A stretch of DNA of 64,000 nucleotides from Promethearchaeia archaeon (GTDB lineage: Archaea; Asgardarchaeota; Lokiarchaeia; Sigyniarchaeales; SOKP01). The first letter of the stretch is position 1, and each line of letters starts with the position of its first letter. A program made the translations under genes and the position numbers. The notes beneath the pieces were generated by a model that worked only from the letters and a program-made list of their open reading frames with translations, was not told the DNA's origin and ran no database searches. Location of the stretch: assembly GCA_029856045.1 (NCBI GenBank), contig JAHQWG010000048.1, positions 1-64,000 of the forward strand. The letters run 5' to 3'. Below are positions 48,530 to 57,970 of this stretch, piece by piece.

Positions 48530-49744
48530 ATGGAAAAAAAGGTGGGATTACTATATTCAGAAGACTTCATAACATATAATTTCGGTAAAACACACCCTCT
48601 AAAACCAATAAGATTAGAATTAACTTATAAATTATTTAAGGAGCTTGGTCTTATGTCCCACCCTAAAATTGAGATTATTGCTCCAGAAATGGCAACCGAG
48701 CAAGATTTGATGATGCTGCATTCGGAAGAATATATAAAAGCTGTAAAAAAATTAAGTGAAGATCCAGCTAATCCAACCGTTAAAGGTTGGAAATACGGTT
48801 TAGGTCCGGGAGATAATCCAATTTTTAAAGGAATGTATGAAGCTTCCGCTTTAATCGCGGGTGCAAGTATTAAAGCTGCTGAAATGATCATGAATCAATC
48901 TGAAAATTATGAGGTAATTTTCAATCCTGCTGGAGGCTTGCATCATGCACATAAAGATCAAGCGTCAGGATTTTGTATTTTTAATGACGTGGCTTTAGCT
49001 ATCAAGAAAATGAAAATAATAAAACCCGATATAAGAATCACATATTTAGATATTGATGCACACCATGGGGATGGCGTACAATGGTTTTATTATAATGATC
49101 CTAATGTTTTAACTATATCTTTTCATGAAAGTGGAAGGTATCTATTCCCCGGAACTGGCGATGTAAATGAAATTGGAGATGGAGATGGGAAATATTTCTC
49201 TATTAATTTTCCGTTATTACCTGGTTTTTACGATGATTTATATCTAAACCTTCTAAGAACCATTATTCCAGAAATCCTTAATATATATAAACCAGATGTT
49301 TTAGTTACACAACTTGGTGTAGATGCTTATAATATGGACCCCCTTACTCAATTGGGTTTATCTCTTTCAGGTTACCGCGAAATTGCTAAAGAGATACACC
49401 AATATAGCAAAAAATATTGTAAAAATAAATGGCTCGCCGTTGGCGGAGGAGGCTATTTAGTAACGGTTGTTCCTCGGGCTTGGTCAATTTTTCTTGCAGA
49501 AATGCTTGACGTTAAGCTCAATAATGATCTTCCTACAGAATGGAAAAATGAATGCCAAAAAAATGCTGCAGATGAAATAGCTCCAACAACAATGTTCGAT
49601 AAAAATGATAAGTTGGTATTAGAACTTTTTTCCCACACAGAATTGAAAAAAAGAATGATGGATTATTATAACATGTTAATGAAAGTTAGTCGTGAAAAAT
49701 ATATACCTAATTTAAAAAACGCCGTAGAAAAGTTGAATTTTTAA
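48530..49744 (+). CDS. acuC: Histone deacetylase-family protein (AcuC-like)
   Basis: HPLKPIRL, DNPIF, GGLHHA..ASGFCIFND, DIDAHHGDGVQ, HESGRYLFPGTG, GVD...DPL, GGGGY. Confidence 0.93.
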   Translation: MEKKVGLLYSEDFITYNFGKTHPLKPIRLELTYKLFKELGLMSHPKIEIIAPEMATEQDLMMLHSEEYIKAVKKLSEDPANPTVKGWKYGLGPGDNPIFKGMYEASALIAGASIKAAEMIMNQSENYEVIFNPAGGLHHAHKDQASGFCIFNDVALAIKKMKIIKPDIRITYLDIDAHHGDGVQWFYYNDPNVLTISFHESGRYLFPGTGDVNEIGDGDGKYFSINFPLLPGFYDDLYLNLLRTIIPEILNIYKPDVLVTQLGVDAYNMDPLTQLGLSLSGYREIAKEIHQYSKKYCKNKWLAVGGGGYLVTVVPRAWSIFLAEMLDVKLNNDLPTEWKNECQKNAADEIAPTTMFDKNDKLVLELFSHTELKKRMMDYYNMLMKVSREKYIPNLKNAVEKLNF

Positions 49745-50045
49745 AACAAAAAAAAATAAAATCATCAATAATTACTAGAAAAAGAGTATATCTAAAAAAA
49801 AATAAAAAAAAAAATCAGTAAAATATTTACTTTAATTTATTTATCTTTAATAACACGTTAATTATAATAAAATTATTTGTTTCTAAAATTGGCGTCAAAT
49901 TTAGATTTTTTTTACATTAATATGTACATTGTCGATTTTCCCGTTTTTCTCGGGAAAAGAAAAACTTTAAATAGTTTTCGAGTTCATATAGAACTTAAGA
50001 AGTTTAAAACTTTGATTTAAATATTCGGATACTGGAGAAATAAAA

Positions 50046-50111
50046 ATGTATTCTTATACCTCAACCCTTAACCCTATTGTTAGAAACTACATCTCCCTCA
50101 TTCTAGAATAG
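50046..50111 (+). other. Candidate 21-aa small ORF / leader peptide
   Basis: GGAG-N8-ATG, MYSYTSTLNPIVRNYISLILE*, within a 520-bp intergenic region containing inverted repeats. Confidence 0.3.
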
Positions 50112-50264
50112 TTTTTAAATTATTTCTTCAAACCGAATATCTCCCTTTTCCTTATTACGCCGACATTTTTAATCATTTTACCAAATTTAAAAATCTAGTT
50201 TGAATTATCAAGAAATTGTAAAAATACTTCTTTTTTCTAGATTTTTATTTTATATCTCTCCTTT

Positions 50265-51380
50265 ATGATAAATATGAGAATTAAAAAACTTTTTTTGAAT
50301 GAGAAAATTACTTCTAACCAAATAAAGGTCGATGCGTTTTATATTAAGAAACAAGAGAATTTATTATACTTACTGGGCTTAAAAATTGAATCCGATTCAC
50401 TTTTACTAATACCAAATGTGGATTTTAAAAATTTTAGTATTCCAAAATTTTTTGTTACTGAATTGGATTATGAGCTGACTCATTTGAAGCTTAAGGACTT
50501 GGGTATTTCAGATAAGTTAGAGTTGGTAAAGATACCTAAGGGAAATCCGGATTTTGTTAAAAAGGAATTAGGTAAATTAAAGCTAAGAAGATTAGGATTT
50601 GAAGATGGATTCGTATCATATAATAATTATAAAGAATTAAAGGAAAAATTTAAAGATATTAAGTTTGAAGGAATATCGAGCATAATCCAAGAAGCACGCA
50701 TGAGCAAAGATGAAGATGAGATTATAAAAATAAAGGAAGCTGCCAGAATAGGAGATATTGGTCTTAAGGCTGCGATTGAAAATACTAAAGTTGGAATTAC
50801 TGAATTGGACCTTGCCGCGGAGGCTGAATATTATATGAGAAAAAATGGTTCAAGTAGGGTGGCATTTGAAACGATTGTTGCTTCAGGTGAAAGGTCTTGG
50901 TTTCCCCACGGTACTTCAACTTCACGAAAGATAAAAGATGGAGATATAATTACTATAGATATTGGAGCGGTATATGATGGATATTGCTCTGATATGACGA
51001 GAACTTTTATTCATGGAAAAGTCTCGGATGAGAAAGCGGAAATTATTAACTTTGTTAATAAGGCACAACAAGCTGTTTTAGACGTTATTAAGGCAGGTGA
51101 GAAATGTTCAGAAATGGACCGCATTGCACGTGATTCGTTTAATGAAGATGGAGTTGCAGAGTATTTTATTCATGGATTGGGGCATGGGGTAGGGATTGAT
51201 ATTCACGAAGATCCCTATTTAAACACAACCTCAAAATTCGTTTTAAAAGAAAATATGGTTGTAACAGTCGAACCAGGAATTTATATACCTGGGAAAGGCG
51301 GTTCTCGCACAGAGGATTTAATAGTTGTTAAAGAAAACGGTTTCGAGTGTTTATCTAAATCAGAAGTTAAGCATTATTAG
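50265..51380 (+). CDS. Xaa-Pro aminopeptidase (M24B)
   Basis: FPHG, IDIGA..GYCSDMTRT, HGLGHGVGIDIHEDP, TVEPGIY, RTED. Confidence 0.93.
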   Translation: MINMRIKKLFLNEKITSNQIKVDAFYIKKQENLLYLLGLKIESDSLLLIPNVDFKNFSIPKFFVTELDYELTHLKLKDLGISDKLELVKIPKGNPDFVKKELGKLKLRRLGFEDGFVSYNNYKELKEKFKDIKFEGISSIIQEARMSKDEDEIIKIKEAARIGDIGLKAAIENTKVGITELDLAAEAEYYMRKNGSSRVAFETIVASGERSWFPHGTSTSRKIKDGDIITIDIGAVYDGYCSDMTRTFIHGKVSDEKAEIINFVNKAQQAVLDVIKAGEKCSEMDRIARDSFNEDGVAEYFIHGLGHGVGIDIHEDPYLNTTSKFVLKENMVVTVEPGIYIPGKGGSRTEDLIVVKENGFECLSKSEVKHY

Positions 51381-51536
51381 TGAAAAAAAACTCGGGATCT
51401 TTTGAATAAAACTAGATATTGATTTTTTTTTATATTTTGGACTTTTTAAAGTTTAAGTATTTATATTAGAAGAGTTATTAATGGGTTAGAGCCGATTAAG
51501 ACAAAATAAATTCGAATAAAGATATATATAAAATAA

Positions 51537-52604
51537 TTGAAGATTTTTATAAAGATGGAAAAAAACCCAATTAGAGGAATTATTTATTCGCAATTCCATG
51601 AAATCGAAGGTCCAACAACACTGTTATGGGAACCTGATGGTTTATCTGAAGATATAAAAAGGTTGGTCAATAATAAATCAATTTCTCTACTAAGAGGTGA
51701 AAGTGGATTAATTCCCAAATCGTTAATTATCATTCCATTCCCATCCTTTAACCTAAAAAGTATTGTAAAATATTTACTTGTTAAAGATAGAAGTTATCCG
51801 GGAGGATTTCGAGTTTCTGCGATCAATTTACTATTCAATGATATTGAGGATGTTATTTTTTACAAGTATCATAGAAATTTTGAATCAGTTTTTAAGAAAA
51901 TTACTAAAAAAATCACTCAATTAGAAAAATCGAGAGCCGGTATAAAATTGATTGCAGGAGAACTAAAGATTTTTAAAATTGATTTATTAAATTTAATAAA
52001 AGAACTGCGAGATGAAGAAATTTCCACTTTCCATGGAGAGGAATTTCCTGAAACTAAAGTGGATTTATCTAAATTTAGTGATTTTAGATTTAAGTTAATT
52101 ATTTGCGGCGATCCAGAGGTTGGAAAGACCTCAGCGGTCTTAAGATTCACGGATAAAGCGTTTAAGAGAACCTATCTTCCAACAATTGGGGTAAATGTAA
52201 GCGAGAAAGAAGTTCAATTAAAAGAATTTAACATAGAAATCGCTTTTACGATTTGGGATATAGCTGGGCAACAAAAATTCCAATCTATGAGAAAACATTT
52301 CTATACTGGAGCTGAAGGCGTGTTTTTAATGTTTGATTTAACAAGTCACGAATCTTTTCAGAATATATCTAATTGGTATGAAGATATTAAATTAAAATTA
52401 AAGGATGATTTTGTAGGTTTTTTATTAGGAAACAAAAGAGATTTAGTTACTGAGAGAAGAGTAGGTATAGAAGAGATACATAAACTCGCAAAAGATTTGA
52501 ATATGGATTATATAGAGACATCTGCTTTAACGGGGATAAATATTGATAAGGCCTTTTATGATATGAGTAAGGCTATAGTCTCGCTTAATGAGTTAAAATC
52601 TTAA
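51537..52604 (+). CDS. uDENN/NPRL2-like longin domain fused to a Rab-like GTPase
   Basis: N-terminal IIYSQFHEIEGP..WEP; C-terminal GDPEVGKTS, YLPTIGV, WDIAGQQKF, GNKRD, ETSALTG. Confidence 0.88.
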   Translation: MKIFIKMEKNPIRGIIYSQFHEIEGPTTLLWEPDGLSEDIKRLVNNKSISLLRGESGLIPKSLIIIPFPSFNLKSIVKYLLVKDRSYPGGFRVSAINLLFNDIEDVIFYKYHRNFESVFKKITKKITQLEKSRAGIKLIAGELKIFKIDLLNLIKELRDEEISTFHGEEFPETKVDLSKFSDFRFKLIICGDPEVGKTSAVLRFTDKAFKRTYLPTIGVNVSEKEVQLKEFNIEIAFTIWDIAGQQKFQSMRKHFYTGAEGVFLMFDLTSHESFQNISNWYEDIKLKLKDDFVGFLLGNKRDLVTERRVGIEEIHKLAKDLNMDYIETSALTGINIDKAFYDMSKAIVSLNELKS

Positions 52605-52627
52605 AATTAGAAATAAAATGGAAAGGA

Positions 52628-53443
52628 TTATGACACATCAACTAATTTTGTTATTCTATTGATTGTTGTATCTAGAAAAGTACTATCTTCGATTTTTAAT
52701 TCAATCGCATTTTGAGGACAAATTAGAACACATCTTCCACATCCTCTGCATTCATTACTAATAGTGGCATGTTTATTAATTAATTTGATTGCATCAACAA
52801 AGCATATATTTTTAGTGCATGTTCCGCAACCTACGCATTTCTCAGTAACTTTAATGGAGACACCAGGCATCTTTGTAAATTTTTCTCCAATTTCTGATTT
52901 GACATGAGGTAATATTCTATAAAGACAACAGCATGGACAACAATTACAGATACTTAAAAGCTTATTTCCCGGGTTAACATTTAGCCAAGACGAATCTAAC
53001 TTATTTCTGCCTATTAAATGAACAAGACCGGCTTCTCGACAGCGTCTCACATGTTCTAATGCTTCCTCTTTTGTAACACGACGTCCTAGTTGTGGATTGA
53101 TGCCCATTACGGCTTCTCCAAGAAAGAGACAACCAAGATTAATAGGATAATCTTTACATTTCATGGAATCTCGACATATACAGAAATTCATGATCCAATG
53201 ATAATTGGCTTTCTCAATGAAATATTCGACTATTTTAGATGGTAATATTATTTCATCCTGAGGCTCCAAGCTTTCATTAATTTGTATTACTTTATCCTTG
53301 GGCAAAAAAATTATATTATCGCCCTCAAAGAGCATCTTCTCAATTAATTTTCCTATGATTGGAACCCTTGTCATCTTAGCAATAATAATTATATGAGGAA
53401 ATGTCTTTTTTAGAATTTCTACAAACCATAATGGACGTGCCAT
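52628..53443 (-). CDS. 4Fe-4S dicluster ferredoxin-domain protein
   Basis: CICR..C..C, ICNCCPCCC, CVGCGTC..C and CRGCGRC..CP. Confidence 0.9.
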   Translation of the reverse strand: MARPLWFVEILKKTFPHIIIIAKMTRVPIIGKLIEKMLFEGDNIIFLPKDKVIQINESLEPQDEIILPSKIVEYFIEKANYHWIMNFCICRDSMKCKDYPINLGCLFLGEAVMGINPQLGRRVTKEEALEHVRRCREAGLVHLIGRNKLDSSWLNVNPGNKLLSICNCCPCCCLYRILPHVKSEIGEKFTKMPGVSIKVTEKCVGCGTCTKNICFVDAIKLINKHATISNECRGCGRCVLICPQNAIELKIEDSTFLDTTINRITKLVDVS

Positions 53444-53472
53444 ATTATATCATTATTGTTGTGTAATAGAAA

Positions 53473-54276
53473 TTAGATATTTATTTTTTTAGCCGTATTA
53501 TATAAGTAGCTATAATAATATGTTGCAGCGGGTCCAAAGGCAAGGTGGTCTGTAACTATTCCAAAATATGAAATTTTTTCAAAGAATTGTTGAGAAAAGA
53601 TTAAAAATGCGTTTTTTCCACCATCAATAACAATACCATTTCCAAATATTTGATCTCTTTCTCTAACTTCTGCAATTTCGGTGTATTTTGTTAAAATTTC
53701 TTTATAACTATCATCTTTAACTGATTTTTCTTCAACTAATAGTTTGATTTCAATAACGCCTCTTGCACGAGCCTTCTTTATTGGTTCATAACAATCTACT
53801 AAAAATTCCAGGTCTGGAGAAGCAAAAGATATCGATTTTTTTGCTAGTTTAAATAGACTTAAGACAGTATTTAAACAAGTTTCCTTACCTCTATGTATAT
53901 AAAGTGCTATTTTAATTGGACTTTTTTGGCTTTGATATATTGGATTTAACTCTCTTATAACAAGATTAGAATCTTCTTCATAATCTTTTAACATTTGCTG
54001 TTTGGCAATTAATAAGGCTTCATCGGGTGATTTTGCATGATATTTTGAGGGTCTAGATTCTTCTTCTTTTATAATAAAAGATTTTTCTTTTTCCAAAATG
54101 CTTAAAATATTATAAATTCGGGAATATGGAACACCAGATACATCAGAAAGATTGCGTGCATCCATAGCTCCCTCTGAAACAAGTGCTAAATAGATAGAAA
54201 TTTCATAATCCGTCAAACCAATTCTCTTTAGACTTTCTTTGACATTTTCTGGAATTCCACTTTCTTCTTGCTCCAT
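53473..54276 (-). CDS. TrmB-family transcriptional regulator
   Basis: GLTDYE..IYLAL....ARNLS..SGVPYSRIY.IL..LE; C-terminal sugar-binding-like domain. Confidence 0.92.
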   Translation of the reverse strand: MEQEESGIPENVKESLKRIGLTDYEISIYLALVSEGAMDARNLSDVSGVPYSRIYNILSILEKEKSFIIKEEESRPSKYHAKSPDEALLIAKQQMLKDYEEDSNLVIRELNPIYQSQKSPIKIALYIHRGKETCLNTVLSLFKLAKKSISFASPDLEFLVDCYEPIKKARARGVIEIKLLVEEKSVKDDSYKEILTKYTEIAEVRERDQIFGNGIVIDGGKNAFLIFSQQFFEKISYFGIVTDHLAFGPAATYYYSYLYNTAKKINI

Positions 54277-54506
54277 TTTTTTATAACCTTTTCATTAAAG
54301 GTAATCCTAATTTTTTCTTAAGATTAATTCAAAAATAAATTAATTAAATATTAATAGTTTTTCTGTACTATTAAAAGTTCATCACTTTATTATTTAAGAG
54401 TAATTTTAATAACTTAAAATTATTGAGGGAGAGATCGATAAAAGGATTAGATATAAAAGGGGCACAAAATAAATTTCTTTTAGAGAAATTAAAGATGTTA
54501 TAAGTT

Positions 54507-55691
54507 ATGGTTGATGAGTTAGATATTTTAACAAAAAAATTAGAGGAAAGAAATATTAAAATTGAAATGGTTCTTCAAAAACTAGACATTTTCAAGATTG
54601 CAACGCCATCTTGGGGTTATTCAGAAGGTGGAACTAGATTTCATATATTTCGGGATAAATTTGCAGCAAGAGATTTAATGGAGAGGCTAGATGATGCAGC
54701 GCAGGTGAACAAATTTACAGGGATTGCGCCAGATGTTGCTATTCATATACCATGGGATAAAGTTGATGCATTCAATGAGATTGCCGATTATACTCAGAAT
54801 TTAGGTCTAAAAATAACAGCAATAAACCCAAACTTATTTCAAGAAGAAGAATATAAATTTGGAAGCATAACCAATTCTAAACCAGAGATTAGAGAGAAGG
54901 CGATTGGCCATATCATGGAATGTATTGATATTGGTCGAATTTTAAGGATTCCTTATCTAAGTCTTTGGTTCGCCGATGGGACAAATTTTCCCGGTCAGGG
55001 AGATTTTATAAAACGAAAAAAGTGGATGTTACAATCACTTCGAGAGGTTTATTCAGCAATGCCTGATTTTATGAATATGTTATTAGAATATAAGTTTTTT
55101 GAGCCTGCCTATTATCACACGGATTTACCAGATTGGGGACAATCCTATATATTTTGTAAGAATCTGGGAGAAAGAGCAAAGGTTTTAGTGGATTTGGGGC
55201 ACCATCCTCAAGGGACAAATATTGAATTCATTATTGCAAATCTGATAGATGAAGATATATTAGGAGGATTTCATTTAAATTGTAGAAAATATGGCGATGA
55301 CGATTTAACAACAGGTTCATTGAATATATATGAATTATTTCTAATTTTTCATGAATTAATTAAAGGGAATGCTGATGATTACAGAAAGACCGCATTTATG
55401 TTGGATCAAAGTCATAATATTAAACCAAAGATCGAAGCAATGATTCAATCAGTAATTTCTACACAAGAAATATATACTAAAGCTCTTACAATTGATAATG
55501 AACGTTTAGAAGAAGCCCAGGAAAATCAAGATATTATCAGAGCAGAATCATGTTTAAAAGAAGCATTTTTTACAGATGTCAGTTCAATATTACTAAAATA
55601 CAGAGAGGATAAAGATATACCAAGAAATCCTCTTAAGATGTTTATAGATTCTGGATATAAAGCTCAAATATCAAAAAAAAGAAATATCTAA
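54507..55691 (+). CDS. rhaI: L-rhamnose isomerase (RhaI type)
   Basis: PSWG...GGTRF, AIHIPWD, AINPNLFQ, LWFADGTNFPGQ, LEYKFFEP, DWG, VDLGHH, GGFH.N.RKYGDDDL, MLDQSHN. Confidence 0.88.
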   Translation: MVDELDILTKKLEERNIKIEMVLQKLDIFKIATPSWGYSEGGTRFHIFRDKFAARDLMERLDDAAQVNKFTGIAPDVAIHIPWDKVDAFNEIADYTQNLGLKITAINPNLFQEEEYKFGSITNSKPEIREKAIGHIMECIDIGRILRIPYLSLWFADGTNFPGQGDFIKRKKWMLQSLREVYSAMPDFMNMLLEYKFFEPAYYHTDLPDWGQSYIFCKNLGERAKVLVDLGHHPQGTNIEFIIANLIDEDILGGFHLNCRKYGDDDLTTGSLNIYELFLIFHELIKGNADDYRKTAFMLDQSHNIKPKIEAMIQSVISTQEIYTKALTIDNERLEEAQENQDIIRAESCLKEAFFTDVSSILLKYREDKDIPRNPLKMFIDSGYKAQISKKRNI

Positions 55692-55887
55692 AAAAAGAGA
55701 ACAATATTTATTACTGAATTAATAAAAAAATATATTTTAACTATTTAATTCCACAATTTTTTCTTATTTGATATATCTTATTTTTAAAAATTAATTTTTT
55801 TATTTATGAAATTGAAAATTTTTATATAGAAAGTAAATTTCATTTTCCATAGTATAAGTAAGTTTATCAAAAAATAACATAATAAAA

Positions 55888-56337
55888 ATGGAAGTTGTTA
55901 AAAAAATGGACCCTATTGATATAAGAATTTTAGAAGAATTAAAAGATAATTCTAGAAAGTCTTTTAATGATATTGCTGAAAGTGTTGGCAGAACTGAGGC
56001 AACTGTTCGAAGAAGAGTTAATCATTTGAAAGAGGGTGGAGTAATAAAAAGGTTTACAATTGTATATGAAGCAGATAGTAAACCCAAAATAAAGGCAACT
56101 GTAAAAATTGAGCCAGATTTTAAGAGGATAAAAGAAATTTGTGCAGCACTTTCGAAAATTGAAGAGGTTACTGATATCTGGCGCCTAAGTGGAGATTGTG
56201 GTATCTTTTTAAAAGTTGAAATTGATTCTATAGAGAAATTTAATCCATTAATCGAAACAAAAATCTCACAAATTGATGGAATATCTATTAAAGAAACATG
56301 TTTTATCACACAGGAGATAAAGAGTAAATTTCTTTAG
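55888..56337 (+). CDS. Lrp/AsnC transcriptional regulator
   Basis: DPIDIRILEELKDNSRKSF..IA..VG.TEATVRRRV..L..GVIKRF. Confidence 0.94.
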   Translation: MEVVKKMDPIDIRILEELKDNSRKSFNDIAESVGRTEATVRRRVNHLKEGGVIKRFTIVYEADSKPKIKATVKIEPDFKRIKEICAALSKIEEVTDIWRLSGDCGIFLKVEIDSIEKFNPLIETKISQIDGISIKETCFITQEIKSKFL

Positions 56338-56500
56338 TTTCTTCTGCCGCTTTCATTTGCCCTTCACTAGCTAAGGGTTTTTAATACCCAACTCAATTTT
56401 TATATCTTCTTCTTTTATTTTAATTACAGCTTGTTTTATAAAAGATAAAAATAATAAAATATTTTCTAGTTTAACAGTTTGAAATCATCTATAAATTAAA

Positions 56501-57832
56501 ATGAGCTATAAATTCACAAAAGAGGAATTATCAAAATTACTTTTTGATTATAATTCCCTTAAAGATGTGCTCCCTATATATAAACCTTCAAAAGTATATA
56601 TTTGGGATGAAACTTTACGTGATGGCGAGCAATCTCCTGCAGTCTTCCTTACATTGGATGAAAAAATCCATCTTTCAAAACTTCTTGATGAAGCTGGAGT
56701 AAAATTGATAGCAGTAGGTTTTCCTGCTGTCTCTAAATCGGAAAAAGATATTGTTAGGGCATTAATGAGAGAGAAACATAACAATGCATCTATATTAGCT
56801 ATTGCAAGACCAAAAAAAGAAGATATTGATGCTTGTATCGATAGTGATGCAAAAGAGATTGTAATTTTTATGCCAATTTCCGATTTTTTTATGAAACTAC
56901 TAAAATTGGATGAAGAGCAAGAATTGTCAATAATCGAAGAAGCGATTATTTATGCTAAAGATCATGGTTTAAAGGTAAATTGGGTATCTGAAGATTGTAC
57001 AAGAGCAAAATTGGCCCATATCTTTAATGTGTTCAACACAGCGATAGACACTGGTGCGGATCGTATTGTAATAGGTGATACTGTTGGCGTATTAACTCCA
57101 TATTCAACAAGATTCCTCGTCAACCAGATTATGGAAAATGTAATAAGAAAAAATAAAAACACGGCAGATATTGGAATACATTGCCATGATGATTTCGGAT
57201 TAGCCACAAGTAATACCATTGTAGGAGTATTTGAGGGTTGTGTTTATCCTCATACATGCATTAATGGTTATGGCGAAAGGGCTGGAAATGCAGCTCTCGA
57301 AGAGGTTGTTTTAATATTGGAAAGGAATGGAATTGATACTGGTATAAAAATGGACAAATTAATGGAGTTAAGTGAAATAACAGAGAAATATTTTAGCCAA
57401 CCCCTCGCCTTAAATAAAGCAATAGTTGGACGTTATGCCTTTTCTCATGAAAGTGGACTTCACATCGCAGGAATTCTTGCACATCCTTTAAGTTATGAAC
57501 CAATAAATCCAAAAATAATTGGTAGACGACGAAAATTTTATCTTGGAAAGGGGAGTGGTTCTCATTCAATTATTAACGCAATTAAAGAGAAGATTAAAGT
57601 ACTTGATTTAGATATTCCTGATGAGATTATTAAAAAGATTGTAGCTGCAGTAAAAGCAGCCCATGAAGAATCGAGTAAGGGAGATATACAAAAAAGTTTT
57701 CAAATAATAAAGAAAGAGTTAGATAAGATATCCAAGGGAGTTTCTGATAAAGATTTTTTTGATATTGTTAATAAATATGCCCAACCATATGTACCTGATG
57801 AATTTAAGCCAAAAAAAAAAATAAACGAATAG
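56501..57832 (+). CDS. DRE-TIM acyltransferase (homocitrate/isopropylmalate synthase family) without a LeuA regulatory domain
   Basis: DETLRDGEQ, GDTVG, HCHDDFGLA, GYGERAGNA.LEE, AFSHESGLH. Confidence 0.9.
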   Translation: MSYKFTKEELSKLLFDYNSLKDVLPIYKPSKVYIWDETLRDGEQSPAVFLTLDEKIHLSKLLDEAGVKLIAVGFPAVSKSEKDIVRALMREKHNNASILAIARPKKEDIDACIDSDAKEIVIFMPISDFFMKLLKLDEEQELSIIEEAIIYAKDHGLKVNWVSEDCTRAKLAHIFNVFNTAIDTGADRIVIGDTVGVLTPYSTRFLVNQIMENVIRKNKNTADIGIHCHDDFGLATSNTIVGVFEGCVYPHTCINGYGERAGNAALEEVVLILERNGIDTGIKMDKLMELSEITEKYFSQPLALNKAIVGRYAFSHESGLHIAGILAHPLSYEPINPKIIGRRRKFYLGKGSGSHSIINAIKEKIKVLDLDIPDEIIKKIVAAVKAAHEESSKGDIQKSFQIIKKELDKISKGVSDKDFFDIVNKYAQPYVPDEFKPKKKINE

Positions 57833-57970
57833 AATGATATTATTATCAGTTTTCTCGTTAGAAGATGATTTTAATAAACAGTTGTAATAAAAATTTTAAT
57901 AAATAGTTAGAAATTTATTTGAAATTTTTTATTAAATATTTAGTATTCATTATTTTTATGAGAGATTTCA

